Shown here piece after piece: positions 6,005 to 15,702 of a DNA stretch of 44,962 bases (position 1 is the first letter of the stretch; every line of letters begins with the position of its first letter). A program made the position numbers and the translations under genes. The notes under the pieces are model-generated. The model ran no database searches. It was not told where the DNA came from and worked only from the letters and a program-made list of their open reading frames with translations. The stretch comes from a virus: positions 1-44,962 of the IMG/VR virus record IMGVR_UViG_3300020171_000010; one strand, given 5' to 3'.

Positions 6005-8229
6005 TTAAAGATGAAGTAAAAGAGAAGCCAGAGAAACCTGAATCCACAGAAACCAAACAGGTTGCAGAGATAAAGTTTCAACCCGAATCAGATAAACTCA
6101 GTTCAGAAGAAAAAAAAGAAATCCTGAAGATTGTCAAGGCAGATGTTGAGTATGGTGAAGAAATCCAACTTGATTATGTCAAACAAAAAGAACTTGACCT
6201 CAAACATTACCATTGTGAGAAACCATCTGTCTTGGAAGATTTGCAGAAGAAACCCTGGCACTCTGACCGTAATTTAGGATTATCCCGCGCAATCGCTGAT
6301 TCATACCAGGCCACATTATTAGCCACTTGCTGGAATCCTGACTCAATTCATTATATAGCCACAAACACAATCGAAATAGATAACCGTGTCAATCAGGAGA
6401 AATTTACCAAGTGGGGTATGGGTAAACACGAAGCAAATGTCAAACCTGATATTGATGGGTTCATTCATAACCGTATCGTTGTAGGGGCTTCATTCTGTAA
6501 GATATACCGCAAGACCTGGGAAGAATGGGCTGATAAACGAATCCCCAAGAAGAACAAGAAAGGCGACACTACAGGTTTTGATATCAAGACCGATAAAGTT
6601 AAATTTACTAAAGGCATAATTGAGAACATCCCTGATATTGATGATATCCTTATTCCCGCATACGGCAAAAATGTCCAGGAACTTCCGTTTTTTATCCAGA
6701 TACTCCATTTAGACGGTGAGACAGTATTAGATTATATTGAACGAAAAGTATTTAAACCTGCCAATAAAGAAGAATACAAGAAAAAACTTTATAACCACGC
6801 ATTTGAGGATAAGAAACGCACTCTTGGCGAGGAAAAACTAAAAGCGCAAGGGATAACCGAATCAATGATTAATGATGCCGATGTGCGCAGAATCCCGATA
6901 GATTTATATGAATGGTACGGTTTTTATACCAAGAATAATAAGCGCGAACGGTATCGGTTTATCGTAGATTTAGTCAATGAAGAAGTGTTATCAGGTAAAC
7001 CTGTACGCAAGATTAATAGGTCAGGTAAGATACCATTTGCCGGTGGCGCATTATGCAAAGAACCCGGACAGATTAGAGGCACATCATTAATGCAGTTGAT
7101 AGCGCCGATAGTCAATGCATTTAATAATGTATTCAACCAGAAGTCAGATTTTCAATATGTTACCAACTGCCCGTTTGGATTCCATAACCCAGAGGAAGGA
7201 TACCAGAAACAGACTTATGAACTTGAACCCGGGGTATCATATCCTGTTGGCGGTGAACCTTCACGAAGCGTATATTTCCCGAACTTGCAACGGTCAATGG
7301 CTTGGGCTGAATCAGATATCCGGATATTGCTTGAAGTATTAGAACGGTTAACCGGCGCGGCATCATATTTTGCAATAAGCCAGCAACGGAATAAAACATT
7401 AGGCCAGGATTTATTGGTGGATAAAGCTTCTGAAACCAGGTTTAGTTTATGGGTATCGCGGATACAAGAAGATATAACTGAGGCAATAGGGATGTGGTAT
7501 GAATTATATCAAGACTTCCCGCCAAAAGGGTTAGCGGAACGAGTGGTAGGCGAAAACGGACAAAAACTATTCCCGAACTTATCGGTGAACACATTACGAG
7601 GTGATCCCAATGTTCAGATGACACCGGATACAGTCGCAGGGTCAAAGGCATACAGGAAACAGTTACAGTTATGGGCATTAGAATCTTCTCAAAATTGTAT
7701 ATGGCTCAACCCGCAATTAAACCCTCAAGGCAACTGGAATATGTGGTCTGATGGGTATAAGGAAATATTGGACTTGTCCGATAACGAAGTTGAACGATAT
7801 ATCGGTAAACAACCTAAATCGCAGTTTGATGAGAATGAATTAAATAATGAATGGTATAGATTCTTAAACGGCGAAGAATTTGACCCACCTGAAGGTGAGA
7901 CTGCATTAGCATTACAGCATTTACAGGGGCATATGAAACAGAAGGAAGAAAAATATCATCTACTTGATGAGGAATACAAGCCGAACTTTGATAGTCATTT
8001 ATTCAAGACTACTATAAATTATATGAAATTTATGAAGAATATGCAGAATGAACAGATTGCGGAACGAGTAGCCGCGAATATGATAATGAACCAGGGAGGT
8101 CAACCGCCAATGGGGGCAGGGAATATGCCTGTTCAATCGATGAACGCACAACCTGGCGCACCTGTGGCGCAACCAGGGGCAGTAAAACCGCCTATGCTGG
8201 GTGTGAATCCAGGAGGTCAAGTTGCATAA
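6001..8229 (+). CDS. Portal protein
   Basis: The 742-aa ORF lies between the terminase and the scaffold/capsid genes. It has a low-complexity Q/P/G-rich C-terminal tail. The call is from size and synteny only, with no motif. Confidence 0.7.
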   Translation: MIKDEVKEKPEKPESTETKQVAEIKFQPESDKLSSEEKKEILKIVKADVEYGEEIQLDYVKQKELDLKHYHCEKPSVLEDLQKKPWHSDRNLGLSRAIADSYQATLLATCWNPDSIHYIATNTIEIDNRVNQEKFTKWGMGKHEANVKPDIDGFIHNRIVVGASFCKIYRKTWEEWADKRIPKKNKKGDTTGFDIKTDKVKFTKGIIENIPDIDDILIPAYGKNVQELPFFIQILHLDGETVLDYIERKVFKPANKEEYKKKLYNHAFEDKKRTLGEEKLKAQGITESMINDADVRRIPIDLYEWYGFYTKNNKRERYRFIVDLVNEEVLSGKPVRKINRSGKIPFAGGALCKEPGQIRGTSLMQLIAPIVNAFNNVFNQKSDFQYVTNCPFGFHNPEEGYQKQTYELEPGVSYPVGGEPSRSVYFPNLQRSMAWAESDIRILLEVLERLTGAASYFAISQQRNKTLGQDLLVDKASETRFSLWVSRIQEDITEAIGMWYELYQDFPPKGLAERVVGENGQKLFPNLSVNTLRGDPNVQMTPDTVAGSKAYRKQLQLWALESSQNCIWLNPQLNPQGNWNMWSDGYKEILDLSDNEVERYIGKQPKSQFDENELNNEWYRFLNGEEFDPPEGETALALQHLQGHMKQKEEKYHLLDEEYKPNFDSHLFKTTINYMKFMKNMQNEQIAERVAANMIMNQGGQPPMGAGNMPVQSMNAQPGAPVAQPGAVKPPMLGVNPGGQVA

Positions 8230-8455
8230 AGATAATGTAAGCGATATTGGTGAATTAACTGCAATCAAATCTTCCTCTGCATTTGCCAGATTGCTTGAAG
8301 AAAGAAAAATATATTTACAAAGTCAAATCAATAGGTTTGTAAGAGAACAGAATTTAATCCAATCTTATGGTGAACTTTGTAAACTTGAGGATATAGATAA
8401 ACTTATGGAAATGGTTAATAAAACAATCGAAGAACTTAAAAAAGGAGGAAGTTGA
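8222..8455 (+). CDS. Hypothetical protein (TTG start)
   Basis: GGAGG lies 5 nt upstream of TTG at 8222. The product looks helical/coiled-coil. Confidence 0.5.
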   Translation: MHKDNVSDIGELTAIKSSSAFARLLEERKIYLQSQINRFVREQNLIQSYGELCKLEDIDKLMEMVNKTIEELKKGGS

Positions 8456-8456
8456 A

Positions 8457-8717
8457 ATGGCTAAAGAAATATCGGGACAAAGAGGAATCACATCACGGGA
8501 TAAGGGTGTTTTTATACCTTTGTCAGAACGAGTCCCTACACAACCGCAATATCTTCATATGAGTAAATCTCAGGTTGTTGAAGCGGAACGCAAACGTAAA
8601 GAAAAGAATCTTAGGTTAGCGCAAATAAGTATTGATATGGATAAAGAAATAGAAAACCAGGGTGAACCTGCAAAGACTGAAGTTAAAAAAGCGGGGAGAC
8701 CTAAAAAAACAGAATAG
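8457..8717 (+). CDS. Hypothetical basic protein
   Basis: 86-aa ORF with an AAGGAGGAAG ribosome-binding site. Confidence 0.55.
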   Translation: MAKEISGQRGITSRDKGVFIPLSERVPTQPQYLHMSKSQVVEAERKRKEKNLRLAQISIDMDKEIENQGEPAKTEVKKAGRPKKTE

Positions 8718-8811
8718 ATTTTAATACGTTTCCTGTGCTTACGATTAAAGCACTGGTAAAGAGGTTTCTTAATTTATCCTTAAAAATTATGGTTTTAACC
8801 AGGGAGGATTT

Positions 8812-9972
8812 ATGGAATTAAAAGTGGAAGATGCAAAAAAAGAACTTCAGGGTATGGTTGATGATACGAAATCTCAGGTTCAGAAAGAGAAGGATAAGGT
8901 GTTGCCTGCTGAAGAATTAAAAATTCTTGAGGAGAAACGCCAGAAAGATAAGGAAGCCACAGAGAATGCAAGGGTAGAAGCCGAGACGAAAGCCAAAGCC
9001 GATGCCTTAATCCTTACCAAAAAATCCGAAGAACTTTCTGAGGATGAGAAAAAACGTAAGGCGGAACTTGAGGAATCAAAACGTAAAGAGGAAGAATCTA
9101 AATTATCCGTAGAAGAAAAGTTAAAACGGGTAAAAGATGAATCCCAAAAACGGATTGATGAAGTCCTTAATGAAATGAAACAGATTAAGGATAAAAGTTC
9201 AAAGGAATTTGAAGGGTTGCAGAAAGAATTGCAAATACTTAAATCCCAGAACGAAGAACTCTCGAAACGCCTTTCCCAATCTCCTGCGGCAAAAGATGAA
9301 ACTGCCACAGAATTAAAGAAACTTGAATGGGAACGTATCACTAAATACCTTGAAGAAGATAAATCGTTGCCTCGTGAACAGCGCAAGGAAATGTCTGATG
9401 AAGAACTTGAGGAATGGATACTTGAGGATTTAACCCATGCGACAGTATGGATTAATCGCAGGGAAATCCGCAGGGTGCAGGAAACATATCAAGACCGCCA
9501 AGAGTTATCGACAAAGACCCGCGCTGGTGAAGTGATTAAAAAGCAACAGGAGTCTTTAACCAGAGTCCTTGATAAACACAAGGAACTCAATGATGTCAAT
9601 AGTGAAAAGGCAAAGATTTTTAATCAGATAATCAACGAGGATAAACAAAAGTTTTTGATGGCTGAAAACGGCCCGGAACTTGTGGTCGAAGAAATGGAGA
9701 AACGGTTAGCAATCAGTTCTCAACCTTCACAAACTGAAGAACAGAAACAGATTGAAGCACTTCAAAAGACGGTTGAAGAACTTACTAATACCATTCAAGC
9801 CATACAAAATCCTGACGACGAAGGCATCAATTCCACTATCCTAAGAAAAAAGTCGACCAGTAATGAACTCACTGAAGCCGAGCAAATTCTTATGGATACC
9901 ATGAAAGACCTTCCTGAAATCAATAAACAGGCAGCTCTCAAAAGTTATAGGGAGCGTATAGGGAAGAAGTGA
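8812..9972 (+). CDS. Putative scaffolding protein
   Basis: 386 aa, extremely K/E-rich with predicted coiled-coil character. It lies between the portal and the capsid gene. Confidence 0.55.
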   Translation: MELKVEDAKKELQGMVDDTKSQVQKEKDKVLPAEELKILEEKRQKDKEATENARVEAETKAKADALILTKKSEELSEDEKKRKAELEESKRKEEESKLSVEEKLKRVKDESQKRIDEVLNEMKQIKDKSSKEFEGLQKELQILKSQNEELSKRLSQSPAAKDETATELKKLEWERITKYLEEDKSLPREQRKEMSDEELEEWILEDLTHATVWINRREIRRVQETYQDRQELSTKTRAGEVIKKQQESLTRVLDKHKELNDVNSEKAKIFNQIINEDKQKFLMAENGPELVVEEMEKRLAISSQPSQTEEQKQIEALQKTVEELTNTIQAIQNPDDEGINSTILRKKSTSNELTEAEQILMDTMKDLPEINKQAALKSYRERIGKK

Positions 9973-9973
9973 T

Positions 9974-10156
9974 ATGCCCGATTTACGAAGTGATGACCAA
10001 TGTGGGTATTATACCTGTGGGAAATGTAAAGGCAGAATCCGGTATTTGATGACTGACGGTATGCTTGACCATTGTCCTCAGTGTGGTTATGGTCATGGTA
10101 TACGGGATGTTCACGATATTCCTTCCGAAATAAAATTAAACTTAAACGACCTATAA
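9974..10156 (+). CDS. Small zinc-ribbon protein
   Basis: Two CxxC pairs: CGYYTCGKC ... CPQCGY. Confidence 0.5.
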   Translation: MPDLRSDDQCGYYTCGKCKGRIRYLMTDGMLDHCPQCGYGHGIRDVHDIPSEIKLNLNDL

Positions 10157-10169
10157 GGAGGATATTAAT

Positions 10170-10634
10170 ATGAGGTATCAAACACATGGGTTTATACCCA
10201 TTTCGGCTCCACCGGCACGGCATACAAAACCTGCTGCTATAGTAAATATTGTCAAAGGAGATTATCTAATTGACGATACTACGGGATATGCGACTCAGAC
10301 AGCAACGGCGTTTGCTGTAGCTGGACTTGGTATTGCCGCTGCAGATTGCGACAATTCCGCCGGTGCTTCTAAAGGCGCCAAAAATGTCGAGATTTATCCG
10401 ATTGACCCACTTACAAGATACATCGTTCCAGTTGCTGCCAATGCATTAATCACACAGACTGCAATAGGGTTATTGGTTGATTTAGAGAATAATGATGACA
10501 TTGATATATCTGATACTACGATAGTGGCAGGATCATATGGGTTCTTCATCGATGATATTGATGTAAGTGCTGAGGCAATTGTGGCAAACGCTTATGGTTA
10601 TGCAATCGGTCATTTCCAAATGGCTCATGCATAA
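10170..10634 (+). CDS. Putative head decoration/auxiliary capsid protein
   Basis: 154-aa A/G/I-rich protein immediately upstream of the capsid gene, with a strong ribosome-binding site. The DUF2190-like impression is weak. Confidence 0.3.
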   Translation: MRYQTHGFIPISAPPARHTKPAAIVNIVKGDYLIDDTTGYATQTATAFAVAGLGIAAADCDNSAGASKGAKNVEIYPIDPLTRYIVPVAANALITQTAIGLLVDLENNDDIDISDTTIVAGSYGFFIDDIDVSAEAIVANAYGYAIGHFQMAHA

Positions 10635-10666
10635 TTATTACTAAAAATTAAGGAGGGAAACAAAAT

Positions 10667-11593
10667 ATGACACGCGCAGAATTACTCGATTTGTTTACGC
10701 CAATCTATGACCAGTTTGTCCAGATTGCGGCAGGAGGCGTTGATGTCAAGCATCCACAGTTATTCGATGAGGTGATTGACCCGACTAAGGATTACAAATA
10801 TAACGCTATATCTGGATTAGGAGCATGGGAAGAAGTAACTGAAGATAGCGAAGATGGGTTAGACCATTTCGTTATCGGATACGAAGGCACAATTACACCT
10901 GTTTATCTCCGCAAATACTTCTATGTATCATTTGAAGTAAACGAACAGATGGAATATGCTGCCTTGAAATCAAAGATAGGAAGAGCTGAAGCATTAGGAC
11001 GTGGCGGACAGATAAAACTCGAATTAAAAACCGCAGCAATAATGATTGCCGGATTTACGACTGCTTGTGCGGATGGCCAGATTCTTTACAGCAATTCGCA
11101 TCCCAAGAATCCTGAGGAAACAGCAACGACTTACGACAACTTGTTAGATAGTGCATTTTCTCATGACGCTCTTGAAACGGCAGAGAATCAAATATCAGAG
11201 AATTTCTTTGATATGGATGGTTCACCGATGGCTACTTTTGCAGGCAAACCAAAATTAGTGTTTCCACCTGCATTACGAGGACCGGTTAAAAGAGTTTTAA
11301 GTGAACGCGCAGTTGACCAACCAGGTACTACATTACGCAATATCAATGTTTATTCTGGTGAGTATGATCCTGTGGAATGGGCATATTTGGGTGCAAAATT
11401 AGGCGGCACAAATACCCAATGGCACATTATCTATCCAGGATTAAAGAATCTAAAACTTATCAAGAATAGTGCTGCTCCCCAATACGCATCTTGGATTGAG
11501 AATCTTAAACACAGGTATTACTTTGATGGGTGGCAATATGCAGAAGCAGGTGTAGTGGATTGGAGAGGTTTATTTGCCAGCACTGGAGTTTGA
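10667..11593 (+). CDS. Major capsid protein (HK97-fold expected)
   Basis: 308 aa with a strong AAGGAGGG ribosome-binding site. The call rests on its position after the scaffold and its typical size. Confidence 0.65.
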   Translation: MTRAELLDLFTPIYDQFVQIAAGGVDVKHPQLFDEVIDPTKDYKYNAISGLGAWEEVTEDSEDGLDHFVIGYEGTITPVYLRKYFYVSFEVNEQMEYAALKSKIGRAEALGRGGQIKLELKTAAIMIAGFTTACADGQILYSNSHPKNPEETATTYDNLLDSAFSHDALETAENQISENFFDMDGSPMATFAGKPKLVFPPALRGPVKRVLSERAVDQPGTTLRNINVYSGEYDPVEWAYLGAKLGGTNTQWHIIYPGLKNLKLIKNSAAPQYASWIENLKHRYYFDGWQYAEAGVVDWRGLFASTGV

Positions 11594-11598
11594 TAAAA

Positions 11599-12282
11599 AT
11601 GAATAGAGTTTGTCCATATTGTCATAAGGTTTATACGACTTGGCCCTGTAAATTAAAAAAGGGTTGGATGTTGTATTGTTCAAAACTATGTTCTTCACTT
11701 GCTCGCGGGAAAAGAAAAAAGAATAATTGTGAAATTTGCGGAAAAGAATTTATTTATTACGTGAGTTCACGCAATTCTTCTCGATTTTGTTCTCCAATAT
11801 GTGCTAATAAGAATGCAAGAGGCAAAGAGAAACCATCTATTCAAAAAGAAAATTCTCCGAATTGGAAAGGTGGTCATACTTTGATACAAAAAATCTGTTT
11901 AGATTGCGGTAAAAAGATTTATTATCGGTCTATCAGATGTCATTCTTGTAGTAAAAAGAGTGAATTGCATCCTCATTGGTTAGGAGGAATCGGTAAATTC
12001 CCGTATCCTTTTGAGTTTAATGATGAATTAAAAGATATGATAAGAGCAAGAGATAATTATAATTGTCAACTCTGTGGAATATCAGAAGAAGAGCATATTT
12101 TGATTAAAGGTATGCAACTCCATATTCATCACATTGATTACAATAAAGATAATTGTTTTGAGAATAATCTTATTTCTTTATGCCATCAGTGTCATGCACG
12201 CACTAATTACAATCGTGAACATTGGTCGTATAAACTAAATGATATTATTAGACAAACTAATTTAACCTATAAGGAGATGTAA
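11599..12282 (+). CDS. HNH homing endonuclease (class A: Zn-ribbon/NUMOD-like repeats plus a C-terminal HNH)
   Basis: NYNCQLCG...LHIHHIDYNKDN...NLISLCHQCHARTN, with PNWKGG and HPHWLGG repeats. ATG at 11599 lies just after the capsid stop. The track's 11530 start is an upstream extension. Confidence 0.85.
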   Translation: MNRVCPYCHKVYTTWPCKLKKGWMLYCSKLCSSLARGKRKKNNCEICGKEFIYYVSSRNSSRFCSPICANKNARGKEKPSIQKENSPNWKGGHTLIQKICLDCGKKIYYRSIRCHSCSKKSELHPHWLGGIGKFPYPFEFNDELKDMIRARDNYNCQLCGISEEEHILIKGMQLHIHHIDYNKDNCFENNLISLCHQCHARTNYNREHWSYKLNDIIRQTNLTYKEM

Positions 12283-12283
12283 T

Positions 12284-14467
12284 ATGAAATACTTAAAGTA
12301 TTTCCTTATGGCTCTATTCATTTTAATCACAACAGTGAATGGAGCCATAGCAGCAACCGATAGATATAATGATGGAGCTTGGAAAATTGATGCTACTGGA
12401 AATTTAGTTACTGTGGCTACTTCTAATTCTATCACTATCGGTGATTCAACACATTATCCCGCCTCGATATATTTAGGCGGGACAGGTAAATCATCCTGGG
12501 GTTCTATTGTTTCGCCCTGGGAAGATTCAGGCACGACAACCTTATTGACCTCAGCACCGACATACTTTATCCTGACGCATTCAAGTGGTAATTTATTTGC
12601 TTCAGGTGTTACAACAGGGTATGCTGGTGAAACATTTGTTAATGGGTTGACGATAACGGAGAATACTGATAATGCGTTAGTATTTACCGAGAACAGCGAT
12701 ACTTTGTCAATGAAATTTGATGGTTCAAGTATTGAGTTAGAAATACCGACAGGAACTGGACCATTATTGATTGACAACAATCACGCAACGGCTTCAGAGG
12801 CATCAGTCAACTTCGCATTAGGTGCGGATGATGATGATTACCTGCGTATCTCAACAATATCGAATGTTCCTAAAATTGATACTGTAGGCGGATGTAATCT
12901 TGATATTGTTCCTGCAGGTGGGACATTGGCGTTGACAGGGACATTGACAGCAAGTGTAGCGGTAAGTGCTGCGACTGTTCAGTCTAATGGTGATATCACC
13001 TTGCAGAACGGCGAATTGATAGGTAATAGCGGAACTGATATTGTTACCGTTACATCAAATGGCACGGATGCGACATTGAAAGTTATTAGCGCAGGTGATG
13101 AGTCAGATACTTATTTGTATTTGACTTGCGACAAGGACGATGATGCTGCTGATGACTGGATATTCAAATCCGTTGCATCAACCAACGCCTTGCAAATCAC
13201 TAATGGCGCGACAATGGTAGCTTCTATGGCAACAACTGGTGCGTTTACTTCCGCTGATATGACAATCATCGGCACAACTCCGTTATTGACTATTGGTGAT
13301 GCAGGAACCGAAGATAACGCAATCGTGTTTGATAATGTTTCGATGCCAGATTTTTATATCGGCTCGGATTATGATAACACAGTATTGGCTATCGGGACAG
13401 GTTCTACAATAGGCACGAACCAGATACTTGCAGTTACCGGCCCATCAGTAGTTATCATCGGAGATGGCGATACACAGGATAATGTTCTTAGGTTTGACCA
13501 GACTTCCGGTCCTGACTTGTATATTGCGGGTGATTACTCAACAGGTGCATTATCAATAGGTACAGGTGCGACAGTAGGGACAAACCAAATCTTGTCAGTA
13601 TCTGGTCCATCTATTGTTACAATTGGTGACGGAGACACGCAAGATAATGTTCTCGTTTGGGATGGTTCAAATGATTATTACATCGCAAACGATAATAGTC
13701 AGGCGATGCTACAAATTGGTACTGGTTCAACGGTCAATTCCAATGTATGTCTTACGGTATCCGGTCCGACAATCATCATTGGTGATGCAGACACGCAAGA
13801 CAATACGATATTGTTTGATGGCAATGACCACGATTTTTACATTGCCAACGATGTAAGTGCAAACTCACTTATTATCGGGTCAGGGGCAACCGTTGCGACA
13901 ACTCCGATATTGACTCTTGACAATGCGATGAATGCGACGTTCTCCAATAGTTTGACTGTTAATGGTATATTAACCGCGACAAAAGTTTCGGTTATGCCAT
14001 TACCAATTTACAGTATGCTTTCGACTGCTGCGACTGTATTCACATCATCAACAACTCCGATATTGACGGCAACGAATAATTCGGTAGCATTATACTGGAT
14101 GGATAACAACACATCTGCTGCAACCATAACGTTCAGAGTGCCTGACGACTTTTATTCAGGCGGGGCGTTTAGGGCTGTAGTTGATTGTATCTCAGCATCT
14201 TCAGTGCAACCAGCGATTGACTATTCGGTATATGTCAACGGTGATGGTGGAACATATGATAGTGCTGTTACAGATCAGACACCCGCGATATTAACAAGCG
14301 GACATTCAGGAACTCCTGAAACAGTTACATTATCAGTAACGACTGATTTCGCAACTATTCAGGCCGCAAGTTATGTTACGGTTAATGTTTGGAGAGATAA
14401 CGTAAGGGCAAGTCCAGCGTATCTCACATTGTATTATCTTGAGTTCTACTATACATCGAGGAGTTAA
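12284..14467 (+). CDS. Tail fibre-like protein with an N-terminal signal peptide and internal tandem repeats
   Basis: N-terminus MKYLKYFLMALFILITTVNGAIA|AT. It contains four ~55-aa repeats and is S/T/G/D-rich. Confidence 0.6.
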   Translation: MKYLKYFLMALFILITTVNGAIAATDRYNDGAWKIDATGNLVTVATSNSITIGDSTHYPASIYLGGTGKSSWGSIVSPWEDSGTTTLLTSAPTYFILTHSSGNLFASGVTTGYAGETFVNGLTITENTDNALVFTENSDTLSMKFDGSSIELEIPTGTGPLLIDNNHATASEASVNFALGADDDDYLRISTISNVPKIDTVGGCNLDIVPAGGTLALTGTLTASVAVSAATVQSNGDITLQNGELIGNSGTDIVTVTSNGTDATLKVISAGDESDTYLYLTCDKDDDAADDWIFKSVASTNALQITNGATMVASMATTGAFTSADMTIIGTTPLLTIGDAGTEDNAIVFDNVSMPDFYIGSDYDNTVLAIGTGSTIGTNQILAVTGPSVVIIGDGDTQDNVLRFDQTSGPDLYIAGDYSTGALSIGTGATVGTNQILSVSGPSIVTIGDGDTQDNVLVWDGSNDYYIANDNSQAMLQIGTGSTVNSNVCLTVSGPTIIIGDADTQDNTILFDGNDHDFYIANDVSANSLIIGSGATVATTPILTLDNAMNATFSNSLTVNGILTATKVSVMPLPIYSMLSTAATVFTSSTTPILTATNNSVALYWMDNNTSAATITFRVPDDFYSGGAFRAVVDCISASSVQPAIDYSVYVNGDGGTYDSAVTDQTPAILTSGHSGTPETVTLSVTTDFATIQAASYVTVNVWRDNVRASPAYLTLYYLEFYYTSRS
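13289..13921 (+). repeat. In-frame tandem repeat, four units of about 49-55 aa
   Basis: Units begin TIGDAGTEDN, IIGDGDTQDN, TIGDGDTQDN and IIGDADTQDN. Each continues ..FD....D.YIA.D.....L.IGTG.T.G.NQIL.V.GPS. Confidence 0.85.
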
Positions 14468-14478
14468 GTAAGAGATAT

Positions 14479-14525
14479 AGATAAGGGGTGGGGGTAATTC
14501 CTCACTCCTTATCTAAATTTATTTT
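14479..14525 (+). terminator. Strong hairpin / terminator-like element
   Basis: AGATAAGGGGTG pairs with CACTCCTTATCT in a stem of about 12-15 bp including G-U pairs. It is followed by AAATTTATTTT. Confidence 0.5.
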
Positions 14526-14529
14526 AAGT

Positions 14530-15702
14530 ATGAAAGAAATTAAATTAAAATTAGTAACATTTATTGTGTTGTTAATAGGTGCATTAGGTTTTACACCTGG
14601 TCTTCTTCCTTTTCGTTTAGGCGAAGAACTGATGTCGCAGTTGGCGATAGTCCTATTTATCGCCATATTTTATATCAAGAACAGATGGATTGGAGTATTC
14701 TTGTTATGGAATATCGTAAGGTTTTATCTCGGCATAAACAATATGTCGATTTGGACGATACATACAACCATATTTTATGTGGTATTATATCAAATGTTGT
14801 TTGACAAATTTAACAAAAATAATATAGACATAATCCTCGACGGTATATGCCTTGTGGCGATATACCAAGTCTGTTCAATGACCTTGCAATTTATGGGAAT
14901 ATGGGTGCATATAATCCCATTGACGTTAAAAGACGGCGGAACGTTTATTACATTTTTTAGCAGGACAAAATTCTCGATGACACTTGTAGATAATATCCCA
15001 TATTACTGGTCAACATTAACAGGGTTTACAAGTAATGTGACTATGGCATCTGGATTATTAGCGATGTGCTTGCCTGCGTTTTTCAGGAAGAAATGGTATC
15101 CGGGAATAATCCTTGTGGTAATAGGGTTATTAATGGCAAAAGCGATGTCGGGGATAGTTGCGGCGATAATCATAAGCACTATATACATTTGGGTATCTCA
15201 TTCTAAAATACGGTGGCAAACAATATCTGTATTATTGGCAATGTTTATCACATATATTTTGATAAGCGAGAACCACGAACAACTGTTAAACGGAAGTGGC
15301 AGATGGGAAACTTGGAGATTTATAATAACTAAACTCATTCCAAAACGGTGGATTATCGGATGGGGCGTAGGTCAAGCACCGGCATTATGGCCGATAATCT
15401 CTAAAGAAACGTCGTTTAAAGGAATCGCCTGGATACACGCGCATAATGAGTATATAAACCTATGGCTTGAGTATGGGGTCATCGGGTTTGTTATTGGTAT
15501 GGGGTATGTATTCACTCTGGTTAAAAACGGCTTTATAAATATTACAAAAGATAAAACTAAACTACTTATATTTCTTGGTGCGGTATCGGGATTACTTAAC
15601 TGTATGGTGAGTTTCCCTCTGCACGTTACGATAGGATTTATGTTAGTAGTATATTTAGCGATATTAGATAAATTAAATAAGGAGGAACAATGCGTAAATT
15701 AA
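14530..15702 (+). CDS. O-antigen ligase / Wzy_C-family polytopic membrane protein (WaaL, Wzy or PglL-like)
   Basis: About 10-12 hydrophobic segments. Hallmark motifs are SGRWETW, IIGWGVGQ and HAHNEYINLWLEYGVIGFV (the H.HN.yL...E.G.iG box). No Shine-Dalgarno sequence precedes ATG 14530. The track's alternative start at 14488 lies inside the hairpin. Confidence 0.8.
   Translation: MKEIKLKLVTFIVLLIGALGFTPGLLPFRLGEELMSQLAIVLFIAIFYIKNRWIGVFLLWNIVRFYLGINNMSIWTIHTTIFYVVLYQMLFDKFNKNNIDIILDGICLVAIYQVCSMTLQFMGIWVHIIPLTLKDGGTFITFFSRTKFSMTLVDNIPYYWSTLTGFTSNVTMASGLLAMCLPAFFRKKWYPGIILVVIGLLMAKAMSGIVAAIIISTIYIWVSHSKIRWQTISVLLAMFITYILISENHEQLLNGSGRWETWRFIITKLIPKRWIIGWGVGQAPALWPIISKETSFKGIAWIHAHNEYINLWLEYGVIGFVIGMGYVFTLVKNGFINITKDKTKLLIFLGAVSGLLNCMVSFPLHVTIGFMLVVYLAILDKLNKEEQCVN

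Noticed and set aside
7115-7342. Same-strand alternative-frame ORFs nested in larger genes: 7115..7342, 13614..13856, 20921..21124, 23956..24210, 25416..25598, 27314..27529, 28583..28846, 37072..37269.
   Set aside because: They are nested out of frame in the portal, fibre, tubular-like and internal-protein genes. None has a ribosome-binding site or a motif.
11530-11598. Upstream extensions of track ORFs. Examples: 11530 for the HNH gene, 159, 936, 14488, 21329, 26287, 33084, 36942, 40596, 42572 and 43711.
   Set aside because: In each case an internal ATG with a proper AGGAGG-type ribosome-binding site, or stop/start coupling, gives a better start. The extensions overlap the upstream gene or an RNA structure.
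11599-12282. HNH genes as intron- or intein-encoded endonucleases
   Set aside because: Each HNH ORF is free-standing between complete neighbouring genes (for example, the capsid gene ends with its own stop at 11593). No split host gene was seen. The weak exception is the zinc-ribbon case at 39138/40104, which is reported separately.
13289-13921. Tandem repeats considered as a CRISPR array or as a DGR variable region
   Set aside because: The repeats are in-frame, protein-level and divergent, with no spacer/repeat regularity. I see no cas genes, no reverse transcriptase and no template repeat anywhere in the window.
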